This document shows, piece by piece, positions 36,269 through 45,136 of a DNA stretch of 64,000 bases. Numbering within the stretch: the first letter of the stretch is position 1; each line of letters starts with the position of its first letter. This DNA is from Verrucomicrobiota bacterium. GTDB taxonomy: Bacteria; Verrucomicrobiota; Verrucomicrobiia; Opitutales; UBA953. A program made the translations under genes and the position numbers. The notes beneath the pieces were generated by a model, which saw nothing but the letters and a program-made list of their open reading frames with translations, had not been told where the DNA came from and did not search any database. The DNA is taken from assembly GCA_037131085.1 (NCBI GenBank), contig JBAXRS010000003.1, positions 2,683 through 66,682 of the forward strand, given 5' to 3'.

Positions 36269-37178
36269 CGCCTTCGAAATACCTAATCGTTTCCGATAGG
36301 GCCTGATCGAAGGAAACCGCTGCCTGCCACCCGGCAGATTTTAGTTTCTCCGTAGATGCTATCGATGCCTTCACGTCTCCCGCCCGACCCGGGCGATACT
36401 CGATGGTTGATGTAGATTTCGTTAGAGTGATTATTTTTTCCGCCAGGCTCAAGACACTCAACCCTTGGCTCTGTCCCACATTATAGGTCCCGGTGACAGC
36501 TTCCCGATCCGCGACATAAGCCAGAGCCTGCGCGATGTCTTGAACATAGATAAAATCACGGGTTTGCTGGCCGTCTCCAAAAATGATTAACGGTTCACCC
36601 CGCAATGCTTGGGTAATGAAAATGGGGACGGCTGCCGCATAGGCAGATTGGGGATTTTGTCGCGGTCCGAAAACATTAAAAAATCGAAGGCTCGTCGTCG
36701 AAAGTCCGTGGCTATGATGGAAAGTCTCCAACAGGTGTTCACCGGATAACTTCGTGAAAGCATAAGGCGACTGTGGCTCGGGCGTCATCGTTTCGAGCTT
36801 AGGAACGATTGGGTTGTTGCCATAGATAGCCGCCGAAGAGGCTAAGACGACTTTCTTGACCCCGTTGCGTACGGCAGCTTCCAGAATCTTCAACGTACCT
36901 TGCACGTTGAGTTGTTCGGTCTCAGCGGGATTACTAACCGATTCAGGGACTGAGACCAAGGCCGCCAGGTGGAAGACTTGATCCACGCCCCGCATAGCCT
37001 CCGCGACACGCACGGGGTCAAGGATTGATCCTTCGATCAAGTTACAATCGATACCGTCCAGGTTTCTGACGTGGCCAGTCCGGAAATTATCGAGGACGAC
37101 CACCTCCGCCTTACCTTGAAAATGTAGGGCCAGATGTGAGCCGATGAAACCTGCTCCGCCGGTAATTAAGACGCGCAT
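36258..37178 (-). CDS. NAD-dependent epimerase/dehydratase (UDP-hexose / UDP-HexNAc 4-epimerase-like)
   Basis: MRVLITGGAGFIGSHL Rossmann motif, SSAAIYG, and the catalytic YAFTK (YxxxK). 306 aa. Confidence 0.85.
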   Translation of the reverse strand: MRVLITGGAGFIGSHLALHFQGKAEVVVLDNFRTGHVRNLDGIDCNLIEGSILDPVRVAEAMRGVDQVFHLAALVSVPESVSNPAETEQLNVQGTLKILEAAVRNGVKKVVLASSAAIYGNNPIVPKLETMTPEPQSPYAFTKLSGEHLLETFHHSHGLSTTSLRFFNVFGPRQNPQSAYAAAVPIFITQALRGEPLIIFGDGQQTRDFIYVQDIAQALAYVADREAVTGTYNVGQSQGLSVLSLAEKIITLTKSTSTIEYRPGRAGDVKASIASTEKLKSAGWQAAVSFDQALSETIRYFEGVTS

Positions 37179-38341
37179 GAAGAGAGTTGGTTTAGGATTT
37201 GGCGCATCGCCGGCAACTGAGCCGTAATTGATTCCAGAAGTTTGAACTGCGCCCGGGCTCTGTCCAGATTATGGGTCGGACGCTTGCATTTAAAATACTC
37301 ATCACCCTCGAGCCAGTCGGTCAGAAAACGTAGCCCAATCTCATAAGTGATGACCTGTCCCGCTTCCGGGAGGAGGGCGAGTTCCCGCTGCGTCAGGAAC
37401 CCCTTAGCCGAGGAAAGGTAACCCTCGATCAGGGCGGCGAACAGGGGCAGTTGCATAACAACTTTAGCTAGGTCGACCTCGTCTTCAGGTACTGGTGAAG
37501 TCGACGTGCGCACAAGGTCGCCGAAATCGTAGAGGACCGAGCCGGGCATCACCGTATCCAGATCAATGACGCAAATCCCTTCGTGGGAAGCGTTGTCGAG
37601 CAGGACATTATTAAGCTTAGTATCATTGTGCGTCACGCGCTCGGGGATTTCGTGGCGGGCGAGCGCCCCGGTAATTACGGAAGCGAGGTGCTCGTTTTGC
37701 AGGGCGAACTGGATTTCCTTTTCAGCAGACTTCGCCCGGCCATGGGGGTCGCTCTGCAGGGCTAATTTAAAGTTGTTCAAACGTGTCGGGGTATGGTGGA
37801 AATAGGGGATAGTTTCGTGGAGCCTTTTTCCCGGTAGGTCAGCCAGCATGGCTTGAAAAGAGCCAAAGGCACGCGCCGCGGCATAAGCTTGGCGTGGGGA
37901 GCTGACGACGTCGTGACCGGTCGCGTTTTCGATGAAATGATAACAGCGCCAACGATGGCCGGCGTCGTCGGTATGCCAGTTCCGTCCTTGCTGGGTCGGG
38001 ATGAGCCGAAGAGCTCGGCGAAAGGCATCCGGCACCTCTTGTGATGCCAGTTTCTGCTGCGTGTGTTGACAAACCCGCTCCACGTTCTCCATTAAGGCAT
38101 CCGGAGCGTGGAAGACATGCTGGTTAATCCGCTGCAGGATATACCGAACGACTTTACCAGACACAGCGACATCCAGCACATAGGTATCATTAATATGCCC
38201 ACTGCCGTAGGGCACGGCCGAAACCAATACCCCGGGAAGGTCAAAGGCCAGAGCTGCCGTGGCTGGAGGAGGGTTGGTCACGGCATGGAAAGCGCTACGA
38301 CCAGAGATTCTCCGGGTAAGCGCCGCGCTTAACCTCTTCAA
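37166..38341 (-). CDS. Aminoglycoside-phosphotransferase-fold sugar kinase (N-acetylhexosamine 1-kinase NahK-like)
   Basis: Brenner-type catalytic loop VTHNDTKLNNVLLD followed by VIDLDT. The start is uncertain: the ATG at 38341 overlaps the upstream gene by 47 nt, and a GTG at 38281 is an alternative. Confidence 0.6.
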   Translation of the reverse strand: MKRLSAALTRRISGRSAFHAVTNPPPATAALAFDLPGVLVSAVPYGSGHINDTYVLDVAVSGKVVRYILQRINQHVFHAPDALMENVERVCQHTQQKLASQEVPDAFRRALRLIPTQQGRNWHTDDAGHRWRCYHFIENATGHDVVSSPRQAYAAARAFGSFQAMLADLPGKRLHETIPYFHHTPTRLNNFKLALQSDPHGRAKSAEKEIQFALQNEHLASVITGALARHEIPERVTHNDTKLNNVLLDNASHEGICVIDLDTVMPGSVLYDFGDLVRTSTSPVPEDEVDLAKVVMQLPLFAALIEGYLSSAKGFLTQRELALLPEAGQVITYEIGLRFLTDWLEGDEYFKCKRPTHNLDRARAQFKLLESITAQLPAMRQILNQLSSCAS

Positions 38342-39200
38342 TAATACTCGCCTGCACGACGGCTTTATCTTCGCGATAAGTCACGCCGAACCACGTGGAA
38401 TCGGTCCGCAGCACCAGACACGTCGCTTGGCCAGATTTGACCAGGCTACCGACCGAAAGCGGGATATAACATTCGCTCTTCAACTCTTGCCCTTTGGTCG
38501 CAAGGAATTCGTCAAAGAGTACCTCAAGTTGCTTAAAGATGTGCGGGGTGAAGCCCCACATATTCATCGAGACGGGTTCGTTACCGGATAACTCCGTGAC
38601 CTTGCCGTCCGCTGCGGTATTGGTGCCGCCTTGGGGGGTCTTGGCGATCTTGGTCATCTCGTCGATATCCGTGAGAAGGCCTTGCGCATCCGCCTTGCAG
38701 ACGCCGCGCGCTACCGTCCCATGCTCTGAAAGGGTGTTCTTCAGCGTAAAGCCGACCATGCAATAGGTGGTGGACTCGTTGCTCAGTTTTTTGAGTTGTT
38801 CGCTCAATACGGCGTAAGAGTCCCGGCCATAAAAATCATCAGCATTGATCACGGCGAAGGGGGTCTGGACGCAATTACGTGCGCACAAGATCGCATGGGT
38901 CGTGCCCCAAGGTTTCTCTCGGCCCTCAGGAATCTTAAAATCGACAGGTAAACGATCTAAGGTCTGGAAAGCGAAACCGACCGTAATCTTGTCGGCGAAC
39001 TTCTGGACAATGCGCTCTTGGAAGTCTTTCTCAAAGTCGGGTCGGATGATGAACACGACCTTACCGAAGCCGGCACGAATGGCATCATAGACCGAATAGT
39101 CCAGGATTGTCTCGCCCGAAGGGCCCATGGGGTCGATCTGTTTAAGGCCGCCGTAGCGACTTCCCATACCGGCAGCGAGAACAAGGAGGGTGGGTTTCAT
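38295..39200 (-). CDS. Sugar-1-phosphate nucleotidylyltransferase (NTP_transferase family)
   Basis: N-terminal LVLAAGMGSRYGGLKQ signature. 301 aa. Confidence 0.75.
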   Translation of the reverse strand: MKPTLLVLAAGMGSRYGGLKQIDPMGPSGETILDYSVYDAIRAGFGKVVFIIRPDFEKDFQERIVQKFADKITVGFAFQTLDRLPVDFKIPEGREKPWGTTHAILCARNCVQTPFAVINADDFYGRDSYAVLSEQLKKLSNESTTYCMVGFTLKNTLSEHGTVARGVCKADAQGLLTDIDEMTKIAKTPQGGTNTAADGKVTELSGNEPVSMNMWGFTPHIFKQLEVLFDEFLATKGQELKSECYIPLSVGSLVKSGQATCLVLRTDSTWFGVTYREDKAVVQASIIEEVKRGAYPENLWS

Positions 39201-39206
39201 ATATTT

Positions 39207-40052
39207 TCAGAGTGAGCGGTGGATACGTGCGGCGATATCTGACTTAAGACGATCGACGAAGCCAATGACATAAGCAAGTGGATCGAGGGTATCATCCTTG
39301 ATGAGCGGGGTCAGATCCATGGCCCATTGCATTGACGTTTCGCGATCGGAACTATGGGCGCTACTAAAAGTAGCGTTAGCCGTCCGGCGACCAAGCACCG
39401 CCAGGTCGTAACGTTTACCCCCGGCAATCTGGGTGGCGAAAATCGCATTAAGTTTCTGGGCGAGCTCAGGACGTTCTGAAATGGGCATCGGTGTCTTTTC
39501 CTCATCCACCAGCCAATCCAAATCTCGCCAGACTTCGCAGCCGTAGACTTTCTCGGGTCTCTGATCGGCGGGGAGGAGACGAAGGGCTTCGAGGCAACGC
39601 AGGGCGCAGCCCACATGGGTATCATGCTTATCGGCAAGATTATGGAGGTAGACCACCTTGGGCCGAGTGGCCTGCAGGATAGTCACGATGTCCCCTCGGG
39701 TCGCCGCCGCTTGCGACTGCCGGACGTCTTGACTCGCATATCCGAGCTGAGCGACGAACCCATACTGACCGAGCGTAGCCGCCCGTCGTTGTTCTTGAAT
39801 CCGCTCGGCGGCCATCTGCGCATCCGTCCAATCGCGATACTTTCCCTGACGGGAACTTCCGCGCCCATCCGTCATGATCACACCCCCGAACCATCGGTCG
39901 GTTTGATCATAACAGGCGAGGATCCCGTGGAATGCCATGAACTCCAGGTCATCTTGGTGGGCGCCGATACCTAAATGGGTCGTTCTAGAAAAGGCTTCCG
40001 GGCCGACGTGGGCATCAGGGATAAAAACGTCGGCTGGTGAAGAAAGTTTCAT
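39207..40052 (-). CDS. PIG-L/LmbE-family N-deacetylase
   Basis: HLGIGAHQDDLEF corresponds to the AHPDD(E) zinc motif of the family. 281 aa. Confidence 0.75.
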   Translation of the reverse strand: MKLSSPADVFIPDAHVGPEAFSRTTHLGIGAHQDDLEFMAFHGILACYDQTDRWFGGVIMTDGRGSSRQGKYRDWTDAQMAAERIQEQRRAATLGQYGFVAQLGYASQDVRQSQAAATRGDIVTILQATRPKVVYLHNLADKHDTHVGCALRCLEALRLLPADQRPEKVYGCEVWRDLDWLVDEEKTPMPISERPELAQKLNAIFATQIAGGKRYDLAVLGRRTANATFSSAHSSDRETSMQWAMDLTPLIKDDTLDPLAYVIGFVDRLKSDIAARIHRSL

Positions 40053-40058
40053 TCCGAA

Positions 40059-41474
40059 TTATGCGATGGGTGGAAGCGAAGCGGCGGCGATAGCCTGACC
40101 GTGCCGCTTATCTTTCTCATTCGGCACAATAAGGTCGATACGAAGTTCCGGGAACTCGTCGCGCAGTACGCCCTGAGCTTGCGCGATGATAAGATCACCC
40201 CCCGTACCCGTGGTGACGCGTCCCATGATTAGGAGGGCGTTGATGGGGTAAAAACTCCCGAAATGGGCGACGGCATACCCCAGGGCAATCCCGATGGTCT
40301 TATAAACCTTATGAGCCCGTGCATCGCCTTGGGCCATGAGACGCTGGAGTTCTTCCAGCATCTCGGGCAAAGGCAGGGTGGCAGGCAGGTGGATGCCGGC
40401 CAAGGGCAACAACCGGCCAACGGCTTGTTGGCTGAAGTATTGCACGGCGCACCCTTGGTCACCTGACCACTCATCCCGGGGGCCGCCATCGCGGTAATCA
40501 ACCGGGACGAAAGCAAGTTCGCTTAACCAATGGGTCAGCTTCCCCTCCGAATCGACGAAGCCGGCGGCGACACTGGTTCCCATGGCAACACCCAGGACAG
40601 CATTACGACCCAAGCTCATGGAGGCGGCAAGCGCCGTCACGTCACCATCATTCAAGACTTCAAAGGGGACTTTCCATTCTGCCGCAAGATCGAGAAAGAT
40701 ACGCGAAACTTTTTCCGCAAAAATTTTCGGGTCGGTGACGCCCCTAAACAGTGATGCGATACGAACTTTATTATGGAGATACACGCCGGCGGAAGAACCC
40801 CCGATGGCATCGACCCGCGGAAGGTGGGCGGCGGCCCGATTCAACGAATCGCGAATCCCAGCAAGGTGATAATTCGGATTAGCCTGAAAATACGGATCCC
40901 ATTTCACTTCCTCAGAAAACACGACTTGACCGTCGATCAGGGCGGCGCATTTCCGGTCAGAGCCACCAAGATCAAAACCAATACGACAGCCATCAAGATG
41001 CCGACCTAGGGTCAGAGCCGAAGAGACCGGCTTAGGAAGGTCAGATTCAGCGACCGCATCGAGGACGATGGGCGTTTCGAATATCTTGCGATGAAACTCC
41101 CAGTCAAATGACCGCGCGCCCCCCAGGCGGTAGGTCTCCCGAAGTTTCCCGACAAAATAATCTGCCAGAACTCCGGCCACTTTCACCTGGTTGCCACCCC
41201 GTGACCATAACAGGAATTTTAAAGTTCTTTCGACGTGTAGGAAGTTCTGAAAATCATCGACGCCGAGCGGTAAGACGAGGGTGCGGAAAGTCGCTGCGGT
41301 GCCATCAGCCCTAGCCAAAGTCAGCGTCAGCGAAGAGCTGCCTGTGGTCTCCTGACATCGGGCTATGAATTCGCGGGTCCACAATGCTGCCGGAACTTGC
41401 TCCGGATCGATTTCCGAAACGTGCAGAGGAGGCTGCAAAAGCCGGACCCTAGAGTGTACTTTGGGCGGCGGCAT
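40059..41474 (-). CDS. ROK/ASKHA-type sugar kinase with an extra N-terminal domain
   Basis: IGFDLGGSDRKCAALIDG phosphate-1 motif and LGVAMGTSVAAGFVDSEGKL ROK-like segment. I chose the ATG at 41474, a 26-nt overlap with nagB. The longer ORF reaching 41750 runs through nagB. Confidence 0.6.
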   Translation of the reverse strand: MPPPKVHSRVRLLQPPLHVSEIDPEQVPAALWTREFIARCQETTGSSSLTLTLARADGTAATFRTLVLPLGVDDFQNFLHVERTLKFLLWSRGGNQVKVAGVLADYFVGKLRETYRLGGARSFDWEFHRKIFETPIVLDAVAESDLPKPVSSALTLGRHLDGCRIGFDLGGSDRKCAALIDGQVVFSEEVKWDPYFQANPNYHLAGIRDSLNRAAAHLPRVDAIGGSSAGVYLHNKVRIASLFRGVTDPKIFAEKVSRIFLDLAAEWKVPFEVLNDGDVTALAASMSLGRNAVLGVAMGTSVAAGFVDSEGKLTHWLSELAFVPVDYRDGGPRDEWSGDQGCAVQYFSQQAVGRLLPLAGIHLPATLPLPEMLEELQRLMAQGDARAHKVYKTIGIALGYAVAHFGSFYPINALLIMGRVTTGTGGDLIIAQAQGVLRDEFPELRIDLIVPNEKDKRHGQAIAAASLPPIA

Positions 41475-42189
41475 CCAGATGGAACGTGCAATCAGGGTGA
41501 AGTTGCAACCACGTCGCCGGGCAGTAACCGTTGGGTTTTTCGCGGAAAGCCCGGCGGACAATCTCCGCTTTGCCGGCACCGAAAGCCAGCAGGGCGATTT
41601 TTCTGGCTTCCAGGATGGTGCCGACACCCATGGTGAGAGCTTCCTTCGGCACTGACTCCGGACTTCCGAAGAAACCTGCGTTATCCACCCGGGTAATCGC
41701 ATTAAGCGTGACGTGACGCGTACGACAAGTCTCAGCCGATGTTGGCTCATTAAAACCGATATGCCCCGTGCGGCCGATACCCAGAATTTGGAGGTCTATC
41801 CCGCCGACCGATTTAATCCGATCCTCATAAGCCTGACATTCGGACGAGAAATCCTTACTCAGACCATCAGGGATATGCGTGGACGCTTTCGGCAGATCAA
41901 TCGAGCGAAAGAGGTTCTGCTCCATGAAATGGCGGTAAGAATGCGGGTGGTCGGCGCCCAGTCCGACATATTCATCCAAGTTAAAAGATATGACATCCTT
42001 GAAACTCAAACCTTCATCGCGATGCAGCCGGATAAGCTCGGCGTAAAGCGCTAAAGGTGACGAGCCGGTCGCAAGTCCGAGCACGGTTTTCTTGCCCGAT
42101 AGCGTGCGTAAACTAATCAACTCAGCAATCTCTTGGGCGACGGCTTTAGCCGCAGATATTTTATCGGAGTACTGACGGATAAGAGGCAT
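41449..42189 (-). CDS. nagB: Glucosamine-6-phosphate deaminase
   Basis: LGLATGSSPLALY, ISFNLDEY and LGIGRTGHIGFNEP motifs. 246 aa. Confidence 0.9.
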   Translation of the reverse strand: MPLIRQYSDKISAAKAVAQEIAELISLRTLSGKKTVLGLATGSSPLALYAELIRLHRDEGLSFKDVISFNLDEYVGLGADHPHSYRHFMEQNLFRSIDLPKASTHIPDGLSKDFSSECQAYEDRIKSVGGIDLQILGIGRTGHIGFNEPTSAETCRTRHVTLNAITRVDNAGFFGSPESVPKEALTMGVGTILEARKIALLAFGAGKAEIVRRAFREKPNGYCPATWLQLHPDCTFHLDAAAQSTL

Positions 42190-44915
42190 TATAAGCCGAG
42201 AGATTTCAACATCCGAGACAGCTCGTCTCGTTTAGCTTTGGCTTCCTCTAATTGTTTGCGGGCACCATCAAAAATCTGCGGTGGGGCCTTGGAAACAAAG
42301 ATTTCATTCGTCAGCTTGGCCTCGCCAGCAGCGACGACTTTATCGATTTTTTCCAATTCTTTAGTGAGGCGCTGGGTTTCGGCGGCGACGTCGACCACCC
42401 CGCTTTGTTCCAGGACGACGGTACCGAGGACCGAAAGCATACCAGGTCGATTACCGGCATCGGTTGCAAAATCCAAAGCCGCTAAACCCGCCATACGGTA
42501 TAGCTTATCGCGATTATTTTCGATAAGCGTCCGCGCGGTAGAATCTTTCGAAATCACGGTCACCACGGTATCGCGGCGGGTGGCTTGGTTGGTTTGTGAT
42601 TTCAGAGCGCGGATGGTCGCCACGAATTCTCGCAATTGAGCGACATCGGAAACTTTCGAAGCTACCAACTTGATGGCATGGTCGCGCAATGCACGCAAGA
42701 GGTCGCCACCCGTAGCGGCATGGTGATGCTGGATGAAGTCGTTCTCGGCTCCGTATCCTAGTAAATGCCAGAGCTCTTCAGTGATAAAAGGCGCAACGGG
42801 ATGCAGCAGCAGCAGGAATTGACGCAACACCAGATCTTGCACCGCCAAGCAGGTGTCACGTAGCAGTGCATCCGCGAGTCGAGCCTTAGAGGCCTCGACA
42901 TACCAATCACAGAAGTCGCCCCAGAAGAACGTGTAGAGACCTTGAGCGTAAGCGGTGAACTCGTGTTCTTCAAGGTGCTTGGAGGTCGTATCCGTGAGTT
43001 CGGCCAAACCTTGTAAGATGGCAAAATCGTCATCGTCCAGATGTTCCGATTTAATCCGGGTGATGATACTGGGCAGGGACGAGTTATCAAACATCGGACC
43101 GGACATCTGCCGGAACCGGGAGGCATTCCAGAGCTTGTTACAAAAGTTACGACCTTGAGAGACGCGATCTTCGTCAAAGAGGATATCTTGCCCTTTGGGC
43201 GCAATGGAAAGGAGGCCGAAGCGCAGGCCATCGGCTCCGAACTTCGTGATTAAATCTAGAGGTTCCGGGGAGTTGCCTAGGCTCTTGGACATTTTTCTTC
43301 CCTGTTTATCGCGGATAATACCGTTGAAATAAACCCGCTTAAAAGGAATGCGGGCCCGGATGTCGTCGTCGGTGAGCGTTTTCTTTTGGGGCCCGTGCAA
43401 CTCAAGTCCTGCAATGATCATGCGGGCAACCCAAAGGAAAATGATATCTGGGCCCGTCGCGAGGGCACCCGTCGGATACCAATGTTGCAGCTCATCGGTC
43501 GTCTCGCCGGGCTTGCGCCAACCCAGCGTGGCCAGACACCAAAGCCATGAAGATGCCCAGGTATCCAGCACGTCGACATCTTGTTCCCAATTTTGCGGAT
43601 CGGTCGGAGGGATCAGAGAAACGTGTCGGTTGATTGCCTCGTTACGGTCGGAATTTTTCCGATACCAAACCGGGATGCGATGCCCCCACCAGAGCTGCCT
43701 GCTAACGCACCAATCTTGGATATTATCCAGCCAATGCAGGTAGGTCTTGGTCCAGCGTTCGGGGTGGAAGCGAATGATACCGCTCGTCACGGCCCGTTTG
43801 GCTTCTTCGATCTTCGGGTAACGGATGAACCACTGTTCGCTTAAGCGGGGCTCGATCGGAACATCCGCACGCTCGGAATAACCGACGGTATTTTCGTAAG
43901 GCTCGACCTTAACCAAGGCGCCTAATTCGTCTAAAAGCTTTGCGGCGGCGTCGCGTGCCTTAAAGCGCTCGAGCCCGGCAAGCGGGCCGGCATCGGCACT
44001 CATGGTGCCGTCAGGATTCATGACATCGAGGACGGTGAGACCGTGGCGCTTGCCAATATCAAAGTCTGTCCGGTCGTGCGCCGGAGTTACCTTCAGGACA
44101 CCGGTACCGAAGACTGGGTCGACCGCGTTATCGCCCACGATAGGTATCGGGGCGCGGGGGAAGGGGCGCCAAACGTGCTTGCCGATCAGATGCTGATAAC
44201 GTTCATCTCCCGGATGGACGGCGACGGCCATGTCTCCGGGAATGGTCTCGGGACGGGTCGTGGAGATTTCCAAGAAAGTACCAGGCAGTTCCACGACTTC
44301 ATACCGCATACGGAAGAGCGAACCCTTCGAGGGCTTCATGATTACCTCTTCATCTGAAAGGCCGGTCTGGGAAACGGGGCACCAATTGACCATGCGTTTT
44401 CCGCGGTAGACATAGCCACGTTCATAGAGGGTGACGAAGGCTTGCAGGACCGCTTGCGAATAACCGTCGTCGAGGGTGTGCACCGTTCGATCCCAATCAC
44501 ACGAGGCGCCTAACTTTCGTAACTGGCCTAAGATGATGCCGCCATGCTTGTCTCGCCACTCGGAAGCCGTTTCGATGAATTTTTCACGACCTAAATCATG
44601 ACGGGTCTTGCCTTGTTTTTGGCGTAACTCTTTTTCAACCCGCGACTGCGTGGCAATACCGGCGTGATCGGTTCCCGCTAACCATAAAGCGGACTTTCCT
44701 TCCTGACGGGCCCGACGCACCATGATGTCTTGCAGGGTGTTGTTGAGCAGGTGCCCCATATGTAGTACGCCCGTGACGTTCGGGGGCGGAATCATGACAG
44801 CGAAAGATTCGCGCTTGGAGTCTACCTTACCCTTAAAGCAACCGGCAGCTAACCAACGGTCGTACCAGACGGATTCGACGCCTTGTGGGTCATAAGATTT
44901 GGGGATTTCGGCCAT
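42189..44915 (-). CDS. valS: Valine--tRNA ligase
   Basis: PPPNVTGVLHMGH (HIGH) and KMSKSLGN (KMSKS) motifs, plus a C-terminal coiled coil. 908 aa. Confidence 0.97.
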   Translation of the reverse strand: MAEIPKSYDPQGVESVWYDRWLAAGCFKGKVDSKRESFAVMIPPPNVTGVLHMGHLLNNTLQDIMVRRARQEGKSALWLAGTDHAGIATQSRVEKELRQKQGKTRHDLGREKFIETASEWRDKHGGIILGQLRKLGASCDWDRTVHTLDDGYSQAVLQAFVTLYERGYVYRGKRMVNWCPVSQTGLSDEEVIMKPSKGSLFRMRYEVVELPGTFLEISTTRPETIPGDMAVAVHPGDERYQHLIGKHVWRPFPRAPIPIVGDNAVDPVFGTGVLKVTPAHDRTDFDIGKRHGLTVLDVMNPDGTMSADAGPLAGLERFKARDAAAKLLDELGALVKVEPYENTVGYSERADVPIEPRLSEQWFIRYPKIEEAKRAVTSGIIRFHPERWTKTYLHWLDNIQDWCVSRQLWWGHRIPVWYRKNSDRNEAINRHVSLIPPTDPQNWEQDVDVLDTWASSWLWCLATLGWRKPGETTDELQHWYPTGALATGPDIIFLWVARMIIAGLELHGPQKKTLTDDDIRARIPFKRVYFNGIIRDKQGRKMSKSLGNSPEPLDLITKFGADGLRFGLLSIAPKGQDILFDEDRVSQGRNFCNKLWNASRFRQMSGPMFDNSSLPSIITRIKSEHLDDDDFAILQGLAELTDTTSKHLEEHEFTAYAQGLYTFFWGDFCDWYVEASKARLADALLRDTCLAVQDLVLRQFLLLLHPVAPFITEELWHLLGYGAENDFIQHHHAATGGDLLRALRDHAIKLVASKVSDVAQLREFVATIRALKSQTNQATRRDTVVTVISKDSTARTLIENNRDKLYRMAGLAALDFATDAGNRPGMLSVLGTVVLEQSGVVDVAAETQRLTKELEKIDKVVAAGEAKLTNEIFVSKAPPQIFDGARKQLEEAKAKRDELSRMLKSLGL

Positions 44916-44948
44916 CGGGAAATTGAATAATTAGGGGGTAAGTTGGGG

Positions 44949-44978
44949 ATTGAAAAGAGCGGATTGCCCCCCCATGAA
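44949..44978 (+). promoter_or_regulatory. Candidate promoter for the SRP RNA gene
   Basis: TTGAAA at 44949-44954 is a good -35. An 18-nt spacer leads to ATGAAT at 44973-44978, a weak -10. That would put the transcription start near the predicted 5' end of ffs (about 44985). Confidence 0.3.
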
Positions 44979-44983
44979 TATAG

Positions 44984-45086
44984 GTAAGCCAGGCCCCATG
45001 CAACGGGTAGCCGACGAATCCCGCCAGGTCCGGAAGGAAGCAACGGCAGTCAGTTTACTCGTGTGCCGTGGCAAGCCTGGCCCCTT
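44984..45086 (+). ncRNA. ffs: Small (4.5S-type) signal recognition particle RNA
   Basis: It contains the conserved domain IV sequence CCAGGTCCGGAAGGAAGCAACGGCAG, close to E. coli 4.5S AGGUCCGGAAGGAAGCAGCCAAGGCAG. The terminal stem GCCAGGC (44987-44993) / GCCTGGC (45075-45081) closes a hairpin of about 95 nt. A T-run follows (cctttttct). The ends are approximate. Confidence 0.8.
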
Positions 45087-45136
45087 ATGCCTTTTTCTCC
45101 AGTACTTACCGGAGTTTAAATGGGTGTTTTCGTGCG

